DNA from: the human T2T-CHM13v2.0 reference genome, Homo sapiens
DNA: 64,000 nucleotides
NCBI RefSeq assembly: GCF_009914755.1
Contig: NC_060940.1
Direction: 5' to 3' (one strand)
This document shows, in pieces, positions 37,791-51,499 of this stretch. Made by a program: the position numbers and the translations under genes. The notes beneath the pieces are model-generated. The model was not told the origin of the DNA and did no database searches. It saw nothing but the letters and a program-made list of their open reading frames with translations. Every line of letters starts with the position of its first letter. Within the stretch, counting starts at the first letter, position 1.

Positions 37791-39986
37791 TAAACTACAG
37801 CAAGATCACAAAACAATTGTATTCATTCACTTTTGTTATTTTACAAAATGATTCCAAATATGTTATGGATTTAGCATTCATGATAGTTCTATGAAGTTAG
37901 TAGGGACACCTCCATTTCACAAGTAAGGACACTGGAGCTCAGCAAGGTCAAGGACATCACCAGAGAGGCAATGAAACCAAGTCCATCTATAGGCAGAGGT
38001 GAAGCACACTCAAAATAAAGAGTCCCAGTGCCAGGTCAATGAAAGGTACTAGGCACCCCCCCAAACTTGTCCTGGCAGCCCAATTCCTTTGGAGAGAAGG
38101 CAAGAGAAATTCTAACCCCTACAGAGTTCATGCTCTTAAACAGTTATAAAAGCTTTAATATCCAGACAAAATCCAGACCTAAGTGCAAAGGTTACTGGAG
38201 TTGGGATTTATTGCCAGATGTAAATCCGTCTTCTCTAAGACCTGCTCCAGTTCCCTGGTGCCTCACTTGAAATATTTCATGTGCACTGAATGGATTTGTT
38301 GGCTCCCTGTTGCCTTCATAAATTATAAAGTCCAACTTTCTTAAAGTCTGGATCCAGCAAGGGTAGATCTAACTACCCCACGCCAAGCTTTGAATGGAGG
38401 ACAGCTTTGCTTCATTCCTGGAGAGTGTCGTTATTGACGCTTTCCAAGAATTAATAAATCATGAACTGCCATTTTGGACTGGGGTTGGGTGGGTGCTGCT
38501 GGGCTCACAGCAGATCACCCCAACCTTCAGGGCCCAAGTTTGGGCCACACCCCCACCATTCTGTGGCCACAGTTGATTGGTTCAGCCACAAAAACTCTGA
38601 GCCAAAAAAATGGACCAATCAGATTCTCTTTTTTAGGAATATGACACTTATTCCAAGGGACATTCCTGTTGGAGGTCAAGATTTCTTCATGGCGGTCCCC
38701 TCGAGAGAAAGTCCTGAGCCTCTTGCTGGGATCTCTGCATCTGGCTTCCTAAGGTGGGGTGTCTTAAGTCACCTTTTCATCCCCCTGCCGTTCAAATGTA
38801 GCTTTTTCATTTCACTTAGGTGAATCAGGGTCCATTTTTCGTGCAACCAAAAGAATCTTGACTAGTGTCTATGTTAATCCACTCACTCTCATTACAGACA
38901 CACATAATTTTCAGCTTCTCACTGCCCATGACCCACTTTTCTGTATTCTTCCCCAAAGCTCATGAACTGCACCTACTTACTTTTGAAGTCCCCAGAGAAT
39001 CACAGAGCAGGGTGTCGGACAGGGAAGAAAACTAGTGTATGCCTGGGCAAGGAATTCCAGAAGACACTGCATTTCATCAGCACTTTTATGTGTGTCACTC
39101 TGCTAGAGCCCAGAGCTGCTGCTGATGAGTTACTCAGAGAGACCAAACATCCTTCTCAATGCACCCTGACTACCTTCTCTGGCTCCATTCCATTCATTCC
39201 TTCCCATCTAACCTACCATTAGGATCCCTGAGTAGCTCACTCTATGGGCTTTGTGTATGCCATTCACAATGCTGCTACCTGGAATGCTTCTTTTCTTCTC
39301 TGATTAAAAATCCAACTAGTCTGTCTCAGCCAGATCATTTATTGGTTCTTTGCACACATACATAAGACAAGATTAGTTAAGATTAGTTAGTTTCATTGCC
39401 CATTATGCACTTAGCATGTCACATTATTATTATTTTCTGATTTATTTAATAATTTGTCTCCCAGTGGACCAGTTGTTATTTAAACATCTCTTCCTTCATA
39501 AGATTAATGCTCCAAATTAGCTGTCATATGCCTCTGTTAAAAAAGGACTTCTGGATTATTTGCTTTTTTTGAGTCGACTCTTAAACAGATGTGGCCTCAT
39601 GGAATAAGACGCTAGAAAGAATCAGTTATTAAATGTTATAAATCAGTTATAAATGCTGCCCTGTAAGCATGCTTGGCCCTACATATAACTAAAGGGAAAA
39701 GAGTACAGGGTGGGGTGGGAGAGAGTGGGAGACAGGAAAGTATGTAAAATGAAAGATAACAAAGAAAAAAAAAGGCCAATCTCAGCAGATTCTCTTTTTT
39801 GCTGTTGGCTAGCTTCTGCCTGGGCACAAATCCTCTTAGAACGTGGTCATCCATCAAGAGTGCCCATCAAATATCCCATGGTCATTAAGAGAAAAAATAC
39901 AGTCTCCTCCATACTGAGGAATACTACATAGGTGTCAAAAGAGGGGTATCTCTGTGCATGTTGGAAAGATGAAGAAATAGATTCTT

Positions 39987-42804
39987 TTTATTTTATTTTA
40001 AGTTCCAGAGTACATGTGCAAAATGTGCAGGTTTGTTACATAGGTAAACGTGTGCCATGTTGATTTGCTGCTCCTATCAACCTGTCACCTAAGTATTAAT
40101 CCCAGCATGCATTAGCTATTTTTCCTGATACTCTCCCTTCCCCCTTTTCCCTACCCACAGGCCCCAGTGTGTGTTGTTCCCCTCCCTGTGTCCATGTGTT
40201 CACATTTTACAGCTTCCACTTATAAGTGAGAACATGAGGTGTTTGGTTTTCTGTTCTTGCATTAGTTTAGTGAGGATAATGGCTTCCAGCTCCATCATGT
40301 CCCTGCAAAGGACATGATCTCATTCCTTTTTATGGCTGTACAGTATTCCATGGTGTATATGTACCACATTTTCCTTATCCAGTCTATCATTGATGGGCAT
40401 TTGGGTTGATTCCATGTCTCTGCTATTGTGAATAGTGCTGCAATGAACATTCATACACATGCATGTATCTTTTTAATGGACTGATTTATATTCCTTTGTG
40501 TATATACTCAATAGTGGGATTGCTGGGTCAAATGGTATTTCTGGGTCTAGGTCTTTGAGGAATTGCCACACTGTCTTCCCCAATGGTGGAACCAGTTTAC
40601 ATTCCCACCAACAGCGTAAAAGTGTTCCTATCTCTCAGCAGCCTTGTCAGCAGCTGTTGTTTCTTGACTTTTTAATAATCGCCACTCTGACTGGCATGAG
40701 ATGGTATCTCATTGTGGTTTTGATTTGCATTTCTATAATGATCAGTAATGCTGAGCTTTTTTAATGTTTGCTGGCATCATAAATGTCTTCTTTTGAGAAA
40801 TGTCTGTTTATATCCTTTACCCATTTTTTAATGGGTTTTTTTTCTTGTAAATTTAAGTTTCTTGTAGACTCTGAATATTAGACCTTTGTCACATAGATTT
40901 CAAAAATTTTCTCCCATTCTGTAGGTTGTCTGTTCACTCTGATGATAGTTTCTTTTGCTGTACAGAAGCTCTTTAGTTTAATTAGATCCCACTTGTCAAT
41001 TTTTACTTTTGTTACAATTGTTTTTGACGTTTTTGTCATGAACTCTTTGCTTGTGCCTATGTCCTGAATGGTATTGACTAGATTTTCTTCTAGGATTTTT
41101 ATAGTTTTGAGTTTTACATGTAAGTCTTTAATCCATCTTGAGTTAATTTTTGTATAAGGTGTAAGGAAGGGGTTCATTTTCAGTGTTCTGCATGTGGCTA
41201 GCCAGTTCTCCCAGCACCATTTATTAAATAGGGAATCCTTTCCCCATTGCTTGTTTTTGTCAGGTTTGTCGAAGATCAGTTGGATGTAGATGTGTAGTCT
41301 TATTTGTGAGTTATCTATTCTGTTCCATTCATCTATGTCTCTGTTTTCGTACCAGTATCATGCTGTTTTGGTCACTGTAACCTTGTAGCATAATTTGAAG
41401 CCAGGTAATGTGATGCCTCCAACTTTATTCTTTTTGCTAAGGATTGTGTTGGCTATATGGGCTCTTCTTCAGTTCCATATGAATTTTAAAATAGTTTTTT
41501 TCTAATTATGTGAAGAACGTCAATGGTAGTTTAATTGGAATAGCATTGAATCTATAAATTACTTTGGACAGTGTGGCCATTTTCATGATATTGATTCTTC
41601 CTATCCATGAGCATGGGATGTTTTTCCATTTGTTTGTGTCCTCTCTAATTTCCTTGAGTGGTGATTCATAGTTGTCCTTGAAGAGGTTCTTCAGTTCCCT
41701 TCTTAGTTGTTTTCCCAGGCATTTTATTCTCTTTGTAGCAATTGTGAATGGGAGTTCATTCATGATTTGGCTCTCTGCTTGTCTGTTGTTGGTGCATAGG
41801 AATGCTTGTGATTTTTGCACATTGATTTTGCATCCTAAGACTTGGCTGAAGTTGCTTATAAGCTTAAGAAGCTATTGGGCTGAAGCAATGGGGATTTCTA
41901 GATATAAGATTATGTCATCTGCAAACGAAGACAATTTGACTTCCTTTCTTCCTGTTTGAATACCCTTTATCTCTTTCTCTTGCCTGATACCCCTGGCCAG
42001 AACTTCCAATACTGTACTGAATAGGAGTGGTGACAGAGGGCATCCTTGTCTTGCGTCGGTTTTCAAGGGGAATGCTTTCAGCTTTTGCCCATTCAGTATG
42101 ATATTGGTTGTGGGTTTGTCTTAAATGGTTCTTATTATTTTGAGGTATGTTCCTTCACTACCTAGTTTATTGACAGTTTTTCACATGAAGAGATGTTGAA
42201 TTTTATCGAAGGCCTTTTCTGCATCTATTGAGATTATCATGTGGTTTTTATCTTTAGTTCTGTTTATGTAATGAATTACGTTTATTGGTTTGCATATGTT
42301 GAATGAGACTTGCATCCCAGGGAGGAAGTTGGCTTGATCATGCTGAGTAGGCTTTTTGATGTGCTGCTGGATTCAGTTTGCCCCGATTTTACTGAGGATG
42401 TTTGCATCAATGTTCATCAGGGATATTGGCCTGAACTTTTTGTTGTTGTTGTTGTTGTTGTATCACTGCCAGGTTTTGGTATCGGGATGATGCTGGCCTC
42501 ATAAAATGAGTTAGGGAGGAGTCCCTCCTTTTCAATTGTTTGGAATAGTTTCAGAAGAAATGGTACCAGCTCCTCTTTGTACCTCTGGTAGAATTCAGCT
42601 GTAAATCTGTTTGGTCCTGGGCTTTTTTTTTCTTTTTTTTTTTTTTTGGTCGGGGGGGTGGGGCGGATTGGTAGGCTATTTATTACTGCCTCAATTTCAG
42701 AACTCATTATTAGTCTGTTCAGGGATTCAGCTTCTTTCTGGTTCAGTCTTGGGAGGGTGTATGTGTCCAGGAATTTATCCACTTCTTCTAGATTTTCTAG
42801 TTTA
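39987..42804 (-). mobile_element. 5'-truncated primate L1 (L1PA, mid-age) with decayed ORF2 RT region
   Basis: Reverse L1PA 3' UTR (TACATGTGCAAAATGTGCAGGTTTGTTACATAGG); ORF2 pieces [10 protein letters not shown]...FADD (41872-42066), [14 protein letters not shown] (42417-42848), [14 protein letters not shown] (41506-41820) split by stops and frameshifts; TSD AAATAGATTCTT at 39975-39986 and 42807-42818. Confidence 0.96.
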
Positions 42805-43127
42805 ACAAATAGATTCTTAAGTGAAAAGGAAAAGCAGTAGAATAGCATTCACTGTATAGAAAATAGCTAACATCTCTGAGTGGTTGCAATGTACAAGGGA
42901 TAGTTCTATGTGTTTTACATAATAAGTTACTAAATCATCAGAAGAAAGCTGTGTGGCAGGCTTATCATCCCCATTTTACTGATGAGGAAATTGAAACACA
43001 GAGGCTAAGCAACTTGTTCAAGATAATGTAGCTAGTAAGTGGTGGGGCCACTAATCAGGCTGTCCATATACTATGCTATACTGTATCAGCTGCCTCCATC
43101 AGGCTCCCAACCACCAAGCTGCCATTA

Positions 43128-43149
43128 TGTGTGTGTGCGTGTGTGTGTT

Positions 43150-43186
<37 letters not shown>
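43128..43186. repeat. Compound (TG)n(AG)n microsatellite
   Basis: Direct reading. Confidence 0.95.
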
Positions 43187-43479
43187 TTTCCTATGTATAA
43201 CTTATATTTATGTTATTAACATAGAAAATTCTGGAAGGCAGCCAAGAAACTGTTCGGAGTCCATGCCTCTGGGGAGTGGGGATGAAATAATCAGATGACT
43301 TATTTGTCTCTTTGCACCTTCCTACACACGGTCTCAGGAATTCATTCAGCTGTAAGTAAAGAAAAACAAATTAACAGAGACTTAAACAAAACCAGTTTAT
43401 TTGTCTTAAATAACTAGAAGTCCTGAAGTAGTGGTTTATTGTCTCCTTGGTATCAGGGCTACTTTCCTGCAATTATCTT

Positions 43480-43715
43480 GGCCTCACTGTCATAGCAACT
43501 CTCCTTCTTTGTTTTATTTTTTTCTCCATGGGATTCTTCTTCATCCAACATCCATGTATTTTGCCTGTGTACCTTGTTTATTGTCTATCTTCTGTTCTAG
43601 AATGTCAGCTCTGTGCGGATGGGGACTTTGTTTTGTTCTCAGCCATATCCCAGCACCTTAAAACCCTACCAGGTACAGAGTAAGTGCTCAATAAACATTG
43701 TTGAACTAATGAATG
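43480..43715 (+). mobile_element. L2 3' end within an old MLT1 region (about 43330-44000)
   Basis: CTAGAATGTCAGCTC...GGGGACTTTGTTTTGTTC...GTAAGTGCTCAATAAACATTGTTGAA. Confidence 0.75.
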
Positions 43716-46559
43716 CTTTAGTTATCATGGCCATATTCAAAAGAAGGTGGAGGTGACACCACTGCCTCTGTCCTCTTCTATTATGAAAACAAATGCTTTT
43801 TCAGAATCTCCCACTCAGATTTCCTCCGAGTTTCATGGAGCAGAATTGGGTCACATGGCATGCTTCTCTCCCCTGAGCAGAAGATGCCAGAAACCCAGGA
43901 GCAGGAGGCCATGACTGCACTTAGCCATGCCGGACAACATGAAGGTGTTGTTAGCAAGGAAAGACCAGGGAGCAGGTATCAGCTGGACAGCCAGCCACAT
44001 CTCCCACAGGTTGTTGACTTTTCATCATGTGCATGTTCTACTTTTATTTCCTGTTTTCATTGAATACAGATTTCTGGGTCCCAAGGCAGGCTTGCTCAGA
44101 ATCTCAGAGGGTGAGACTAGGTATCTGTGCTTTTCAAAGATTCTGATGCACCACTAATAGTAAAAATAACTTTATGGAAAGACTGCATTTAAAGTTAGGA
44201 GAAGGGGTTTATGGTCCTGGAAAAGAAAGTGGCCTTTGTAGATCATTGAATTAAATGTCTCCATTTTGCAGATGAGTAAGCTGAGGCTCCCAGAGGGGAA
44301 GAGACTTGTCCAAAGCCTGCCAGGCAATCAGAGGCAGAGCCAGGGCAAGATTCCAGAGTTCTGTCTCCCAGACCAGGGCTTTGCTCCCTTCAACCCTTGG
44401 CCTTATTCTTCACCATTGCATGTTTACAGCCAGGGGCAGGACCCTCCCATAATTCACATTTAACTTTTACAGAGAAACAACCAAGTATCAGTTTTCCCTT
44501 TCTCCCTTTAACTGCATAATCTAGAGTAATAAATTAGTCCCAAAGCAAAAAGATGCCCTTAATCCCCACACTACTTTTTTCATATCCCTGTGGTGTTTAT
44601 AATGTAAAAAGAGTTTTAGTAGCTAATATCCACTCTCCGCCTTTCCTTTATTTATATGTATAAATTTCTATTTTATAATTATAGTTGCAGGTTTCCCCTC
44701 TGCTCTACATCTGCCCTCGAGCCTAAGAGTGACACAGGAAATAGTTTATGTTCTCCGGCCTACACTGACAGTCTAATCCCGCTCCTGTATTTCATGCTGT
44801 CTCTGTCAAGTTCATTTTCTCTCGGCCATGAGATAGACATGATTCCCAATACCTCCATCTCTGCAGACTCAGCGCAGCATGGGCCTGGGAGGAAACCTAG
44901 CTACCCACCTCTGAAAGATGTCAGCTTCAGGGCAGAGGGCTTCAGAAATGCAGGCAGAGACTCACACCAAGATCTCATTGGTGAATTTATCCCATTGATT
45001 AAATACTTCAGCTTTAGCGTTGTGCCTATGTAATTGTTATGAACATTGCAAACTCTCTTTCTCTTTTGGACCTGTGGTTGGAGCAAACCTGAACAACCAG
45101 AAAGCAGAAGTGCATGTGGCATTAAAACTGTGATGGGAAATCCAGTCTCCAAACCAAAATGAAAGAGGCAAGGTGCCCCCTTCCCAGAGGTGGAAAATGC
45201 TGCTGGGCTGCCACCCAAAGTCTGTGTCAAACTCCAAGATCAGACTTTTCTTAAGTTCTTTATGCTTTCTTGAAAAAGGTGCTTAAGTCCGTAAGAGGAC
45301 AGACAGCAATCCAAACACCAAAAGTTTGCTGGGTTTTCTCTTATGCTAATCAGTTACGTGACCTGAGCCAGTGGCTTAACCCTTCTGAACCTCAGCTGCT
45401 CATCTGTGAAAAGGGGGTGAGAAAACCTGCCCCATATAACCCCCAGAGTGACAGGGAGAGTAGCAGAGAGCAAGTTATGAAAGTGTTATACATGTAACAG
45501 GTAATATGAGAAGATTTCAGGCAACTGAAATGCTGATGTTCCAAAATTCCAACCTGGCTATACTCCCTCCTCCAGCCCCATCATCCAATATTTATGAGAG
45601 GTGTATTTGCATGGTCATTTGGACGTTAACTGTGGCACTAGGTGAAGGTAAATGTGTAAAATATCAGCAGAGTGTCCAAAGGCATTGGTGTCAAGAAGAC
45701 TGTAACATCTATTTGAATGCCCCAACTTTGTCATTTTCTATACAGATATTTGGTATTGCATAGACATAAAAAGGCAGAGAAAGCCAACCATGTGATATAG
45801 AAGGAACATGGCAGCTCAGATCAACTACACGTTAGGTGAGGTCATGATTTTTGAAATCACATTATCTTGGCAATTAAGCACTTAATGTGAAACGTGTTAT
45901 TTTCTGAAGACTTGGAAGCCAGCAGCTTGAGCTCAAAGCCTAGATTGTCAATACTGCTCTATTACACTGGGCAAGCTTCTCTCTCATAGACTAAGTTCTA
46001 TAAAATGAAACAAATCATAACCACTTTTTAGGTAGAAAATATAGTTAAATTGCAAAGTCCACAGGTGCAAAGATTTTGTCTTGCTGACGCTAAATCTCCA
46101 ATTGCTAACTCAGTGTTCTTTAATAACAAGCACTCAGTAGATGTTTGGTAAAGGGATGAATGAAGGGTAAATTATACATAATTTAAAAGTGCTCAACCTT
46201 GTGGTTAGAACCTTTTGCGTATTCCATCAACATTAAGCCCCTTTCCCAAATTATTATGGTGTTAGATAAGTGATTCCAGGATGATCTGAAAATGTTTAAC
46301 TCATGAGCTGTAGCCTGCTGAGGGCAGGAACCTGCTTTTATTCAGTGCTAAATCCTCACCTCCCAGAACCAAGCTTGGCATTTAGTAGACACTCAAAAAA
46401 TGTCTGTTGAATGAATGATACGTGTCTTTCTTTCCAGACAGTCTGTGTGCTACTTGAAGAGAAGGGCTAGCATCCTTGTATTCTCTCATTTTCTTATGAC
46501 TCCCTCATACTGTACATGCACAAAATATATTCAAGCATTCGTAGTATTCTAGAACCACA

Positions 46560-49500
46560 GTCTGTCAGGGGTGTGAGATTGCTTTAAACCACCACAATCT
46601 GTCAACAGCAAATAAGGATGATGATGACCATATGATAGCTTTGACTCCAAAGTAACAGAAACTTCTTCTATTGCCTCTGAAACTCTCTGCAGTCAGAATC
46701 TCAACAGAAAATTGCAATAGAAAATACTCACTGTAAAATTCCACAACCTCTGTCACTATGAAAAATGTCATGGAAGAAATTTTTTTTATAAAACAGGAAC
46801 ATGCAAAAGTAATCAGTGCTGGAAAACTCAAAGATAGATGAAGAAAACAAGAGGAGCAGATCCAATAGCTCTGGTTTTATGAATAGACTGTTCTACCGCC
46901 CCACTCATCTGTAGGGTCCTCATGAGATCTTTTTTTTTACAACAGGTTATGAATTATCCTCATGATGTCTTTAAATGGATGATCAATACTATATTTTCCC
47001 ATAAAATGTTTGGTTTGAAATCCGATTTTAAGTGCATTAGAGTTTTTGTGCACCGAGTGGGTGAATGCCATCATAAATTGTCATCAAATATGAAAGAAAT
47101 ATAGCATAGATTAATTGCCGTATTTATTTATGAGTCTATAAAATACCTTGTGAAAGTCCTGGCACATTTTTGGGATGCCAATTTGAACCTTCAGGAAAGT
47201 TAAAAGCATTAAAAGAGACTGCAAGGAGATTTATTATCAGAATGTTTTTAATTGCAGACCTAAGCAGACATGCAGGTATTAGAACAGCTATGCTCTTAAT
47301 GGGCATGTCTCATGTGTTTCTCTCTCTCTCTCTCTCTCTCTCTTTTCTTTAAAAATGATATACTTTCCATATTTTTATTGATTTGTGAAGATTTGTTATA
47401 AATTACCTATGGCTAGCACGTGACATTACAAATGGTCCCAGCTTCCCTAAAGTAGTGGGCCCCAGGTGGCACAGAGAAGAACGATCCCGGCCAGTTCTAA
47501 TGCTCAGCTTTAAAAGTAGGAGGAAAGCATGGGGAAGAGAATTCTACGGAAATGCTGCTAATACGATGAAAATGTATAAAGCTGGAAGCTGCTCATGTTT
47601 TAATTGAAAGCTTCACGTCTACAGTGGTGAAATCCTTTAGGGGGAAGATGACAAAATATCCTTATAAACTCCATGTTAGCAATGCTTCAGTTAGAGGGCT
47701 GTTTGCAACAACATACAGCCCCTCCTGTAGCTGAAGCCAGCAACACCATGGCTCCCTTTCTGGATTGTCTAGGCCATGATTCTATTTCCTAATTGTATAC
47801 TGAAGGACCATTTCTAGGTCCTATCACATAGGGAGAAAGGGGCATAGCATCTTATCCCGGTGAGTCCCTATGTGTTATTCCTTTAAAGTCTTAATTTCTT
47901 ACATGCATTTCTTTTCGAAAGACTTAGGCTTCAAAAATTGTTCCCTGGTTTTCAAATCCATACATCTGTTGTTTACTTTAAAGTTTAATTCCTTGAAAAC
48001 ACATCAGATGCCTTGAGCTTTTCATTAGAAAGATGCCGTCATCTACAGGATAAAAATAATCAAGAATTTTTATACATAAAAACTGCTTTGAAAATGAGAA
48101 GTTAATGCAGCAAATCTCCCCACCTGCTGATGCCAAAACCAGATTTTTTAAAAATTCCTCTTCCTGAAAATAGTCCGTAACTAATTTCAAGGAGTTGTTT
48201 TTAAACCATTGTAGAAATAGAGACATTATCTTTTGGCTGGAATTTTTTTTTTTTGAAGATTTTTTTTTCGGCAGGGGAGTGGTGCTATTTTGGTTTTTTG
48301 TATGTTTTTATCAGTCATGGCTGGGTCTGTTTGCTCTTTGCCATTCAATTAATGATTCGCACCAAATTTCTAAAACTCCCAATTACTACATAAGCTCTTT
48401 CATAATACACAGTCACATCAAACAGGGGGTATAGACCCTGAACTTAATTTTCTTACAGTGACATCTCTTTAAGATTTTTTCTCTGCTAAATTATACTGCA
48501 TCATCATGGCACACACTATGTGAATTCACACAGTCCAACTGGAGTTAGCAATATCTCCTGGCTGTGATTGGCTTTCTATATGTTTGAAATATGGTTCTGT
48601 GAAAAGACCCAGAATCAGGAGGTCTGAAGTCTGATCCTTCCTCTGCCACTTACTTGGCTGTGTGATCTTAGACTTGCTTCTCACCTCTCCAATATCCTTA
48701 TCATGAGCCTTAAATAAGATAAAGCAGAGGTGTTTAGGAAAGCTCCCAAGCACTCAACAAATGCTACAGAATTTTACTATTATTAACACACTTTATTAAT
48801 TTTAACTCTAAACTGAAGTACAATGCTGTCAAACCAAGACCTCTTCATTCAGTCTTATTTTTTACTTTATCCCGAAGAAGTTAATTCTTTCTTTCTATTT
48901 GGCACCTTTTTGACAAGAGGCTTCAACACTCTCATCTGGGAATTATTGTCTTTTTATTTTCCCCTCCTGATGCCAGAGTTGCTGTTGACAATATGTATTC
49001 AGGCAAGGCAGGGACTCACTGCATTTCACAATCAGATGCCATGCACACTACTTCCGTCAAAACAATTAGTGTTCATTTCGGCTTTACTCCATGAGACCTG
49101 CGGTGACTGATCAGTATAAATTATAGATGCATCTGTCCAGATGCACTTGTTCATTCATGCATAGATTTGAGGAAATTTCATTCTTCTCAGTTCAAAAACA
49201 GTCACTAAAAAATCCATACTTAAAAAATATAATTTAGCACATCTTCAACTCTGTTATTATGTTCGTGTACTCGCTCATTCCATCTGGGATTTGAGGCATT
49301 TGAAGTTGATTTGGGGCATTTCCAGGTTGTTATATTTCCCCCTGTAAAATCTGCTGTCTTTATAAATCATTAGAAAATCATAGACTTTTTTAACCCAAAA
49401 TAATGAAATACAGTTTGTTTTTCCTCTTTTATTGTTTGTTTGTTTTTTGTGGTACCTGCATGCAAGCTTATTGTGAAACATACATACTTTACTCCGCCTG

Positions 49501-50800
49501 CTCAGGAACTTCAGTGCATTTGAAGCAAAGCAATAAGAGCTTCAAATAAACAATGTGGATTAGTACTCTCTGGTACAGATAGGCTTTTGATTGTTTAATT
49601 TGTTTCACATTTGTTTTAATGAGCAGCTAGAGGAACTATCAGGCATGTTGCACAGTACAACAAAAGAATCTCTATCATTTGTTTAAAATACTTTAGGTGG
49701 AATGACTCCCTTAAATATAACTGGGAGGGTCTATATTTGATGGATTTATTTACTTGCTTCAATAAAATTCTATGTGTACACATATACAATTGGGGCTTTT
49801 TCTCCGAAACTAAATTAATCAGTGCTGAACAAAGCAATGAAAAGCTGCCGGGGTGGAGAAGCCCAAGGCTGCTGAAGTGGGAGTCTGTGAACCGTCAGGA
49901 GGACAAAAGCAAATTCCACTGCAGCTTCCCCTCAATCAGATTTTCCAAGAAACAGACATCTTCTCACCTGAGGTTTCTGCCAGACAGAGGTTGATATTGG
50001 CTTAACCCACTGGCATTGTTTTGTTACGAGGGTCCCAAAATAACAAGAAGAGTAGGCACATTTCATAAAAACCATTTTTAGGAAACCCCATTAAATGCTC
50101 AAGGTGGTAACAATCAAATGTCAGCAAAACAGGGGAGGTTTACCGTGGGTGCAGCCTCTCCCTGGGAAGGAAATGTTAAATCAAGGTCTTGCAAGGCTGG
50201 GAAGCCGGAGGAGACATGGCAGGCCTTCCTCCCTGGGAAGTATTCTGATAGAAGCTGCAAAAAACCATCAAGCAACTTTGAGGACAATAGAAAAGGTGTC
50301 TTAACATAAAACCTGCTCTTTTGTTTGTTCGCTTGTCTTTCCAGAAGAAGAAAAATGCCAAGATATCTTCATAGTCCTACTTCCCAATTTTCTTCCCCAC
50401 TGTTCCTCAACATCCTCTTTTCTTTTTAAAAAATTGTGTTGCTTTTCTCAAATCCTAGAGAGCAAAGACAAGAAGTAGGCCTGGAGGCCCTGCACACAGC
50501 ATTGATAAAACAGAGGTCTTATAAATCAGCTAAAAATCAATAATTCCTATATGGTAGTTTCTCCTTTGCAACCATATCGCCAAGGGACAGGGCTAATGCT
50601 TTTTCTCCACCACCAGCCCCATTTTTCTGTCATAAAATTTTTTAAAAAAATTCTGCTTAGGAACAAATGGGCAATCGAAGTTGCTGAGTCAGTATTTCTA
50701 CTATCTAATTTTATTACTTTACAATTGACATACCTTCCCTCTGGAAATGTTTGCAATTAATTAATTAGCAGTAATCTTCCCCAAGGGATGAATTTAATGA
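46560..50800. promoter_or_regulatory. Repeat-poor upstream regulatory block of IRX6 (candidate enhancers)
   Basis: About 4.2 kb in which I recognise only one MIR (about 48600-48790); dense homeodomain, PBX-HOX and E-box motifs. Confidence 0.5.
47319..47343. repeat. (CT)n microsatellite
   Basis: Direct reading. Confidence 0.9.
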
Positions 50801-51002
50801 ATACTCTCCAATTCTTACTTTAAAAAAATAGCATAGATGTATCCAAGCTGCAAATGTGTGGATAGTTCCAAAGTGCATTTTGAAAAATCAAGGGATCTAT
50901 CTATTACTGTGAATTTTTATCACTAAGTCAATCTGGTGAGGACCATAATTCTTTTTCTAACTAGGAGTTTCCCTGGATGAACGCAAGGTTTCTCCAAGGT
51001 AA

Positions 51003-51023
51003 CAGCAGCAGCAGCAGCAGCAG
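51003..51023. repeat. (CAG)7 trinucleotide repeat
   Basis: Direct reading. Confidence 0.95.
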
Positions 51024-51499
51024 TAGCTGTGTTTGTTAGTATTTAGAATGGAGCTTGTCCTCATGTTAACAATCTCTTAAGCAGAGGAGTCTCTGGTTTG
51101 TGGCTTAAGCTCCTTGAGCATTCTGCAGAATGTGTTTTTAAAACGGGGTGTGGGGACCTAGAGATGTCATGCTAAAGAGATCAGTGTAAGGTGCTAGTGG
51201 CAAACTTGGAGTTGAGGTACGCCCCGTCCAGGACCCCAGACCTTGCCCCGCCTCATACAAGAACCCAGAGCCGTTGCTATCTTCTGGGCCACAGGCTCTC
51301 GCGTTTCAACTAGAAAATAAAACTGGGCCCTTGAACCAACCCCTATGGCTCCTTGGAGGAGTTGCAGCAAGAGCCTGGTGCAACTTTAAAAGTATAAAGC
51401 GCTTTTAAAAGTATAAAGCGCGGTGACCCCGGTAAGTGAAAGGCAAGGCTTTCTGAGGTTTCTGGCCTGCAAATCCCACTGGATTCCTGCAGTGCCCAC

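Noticed and set aside
40498-42848. Reverse-transcriptase-like ORFs as an active or novel RT system
   Set aside because: Fragments of a 5'-truncated, frameshifted L1PA ORF2 bounded by a TSD; no promoter, ORF1 or endonuclease domain
51003-51023. (CAG)7 as a polyglutamine or expansion locus
   Set aside because: Short, non-coding and not in a supported exon
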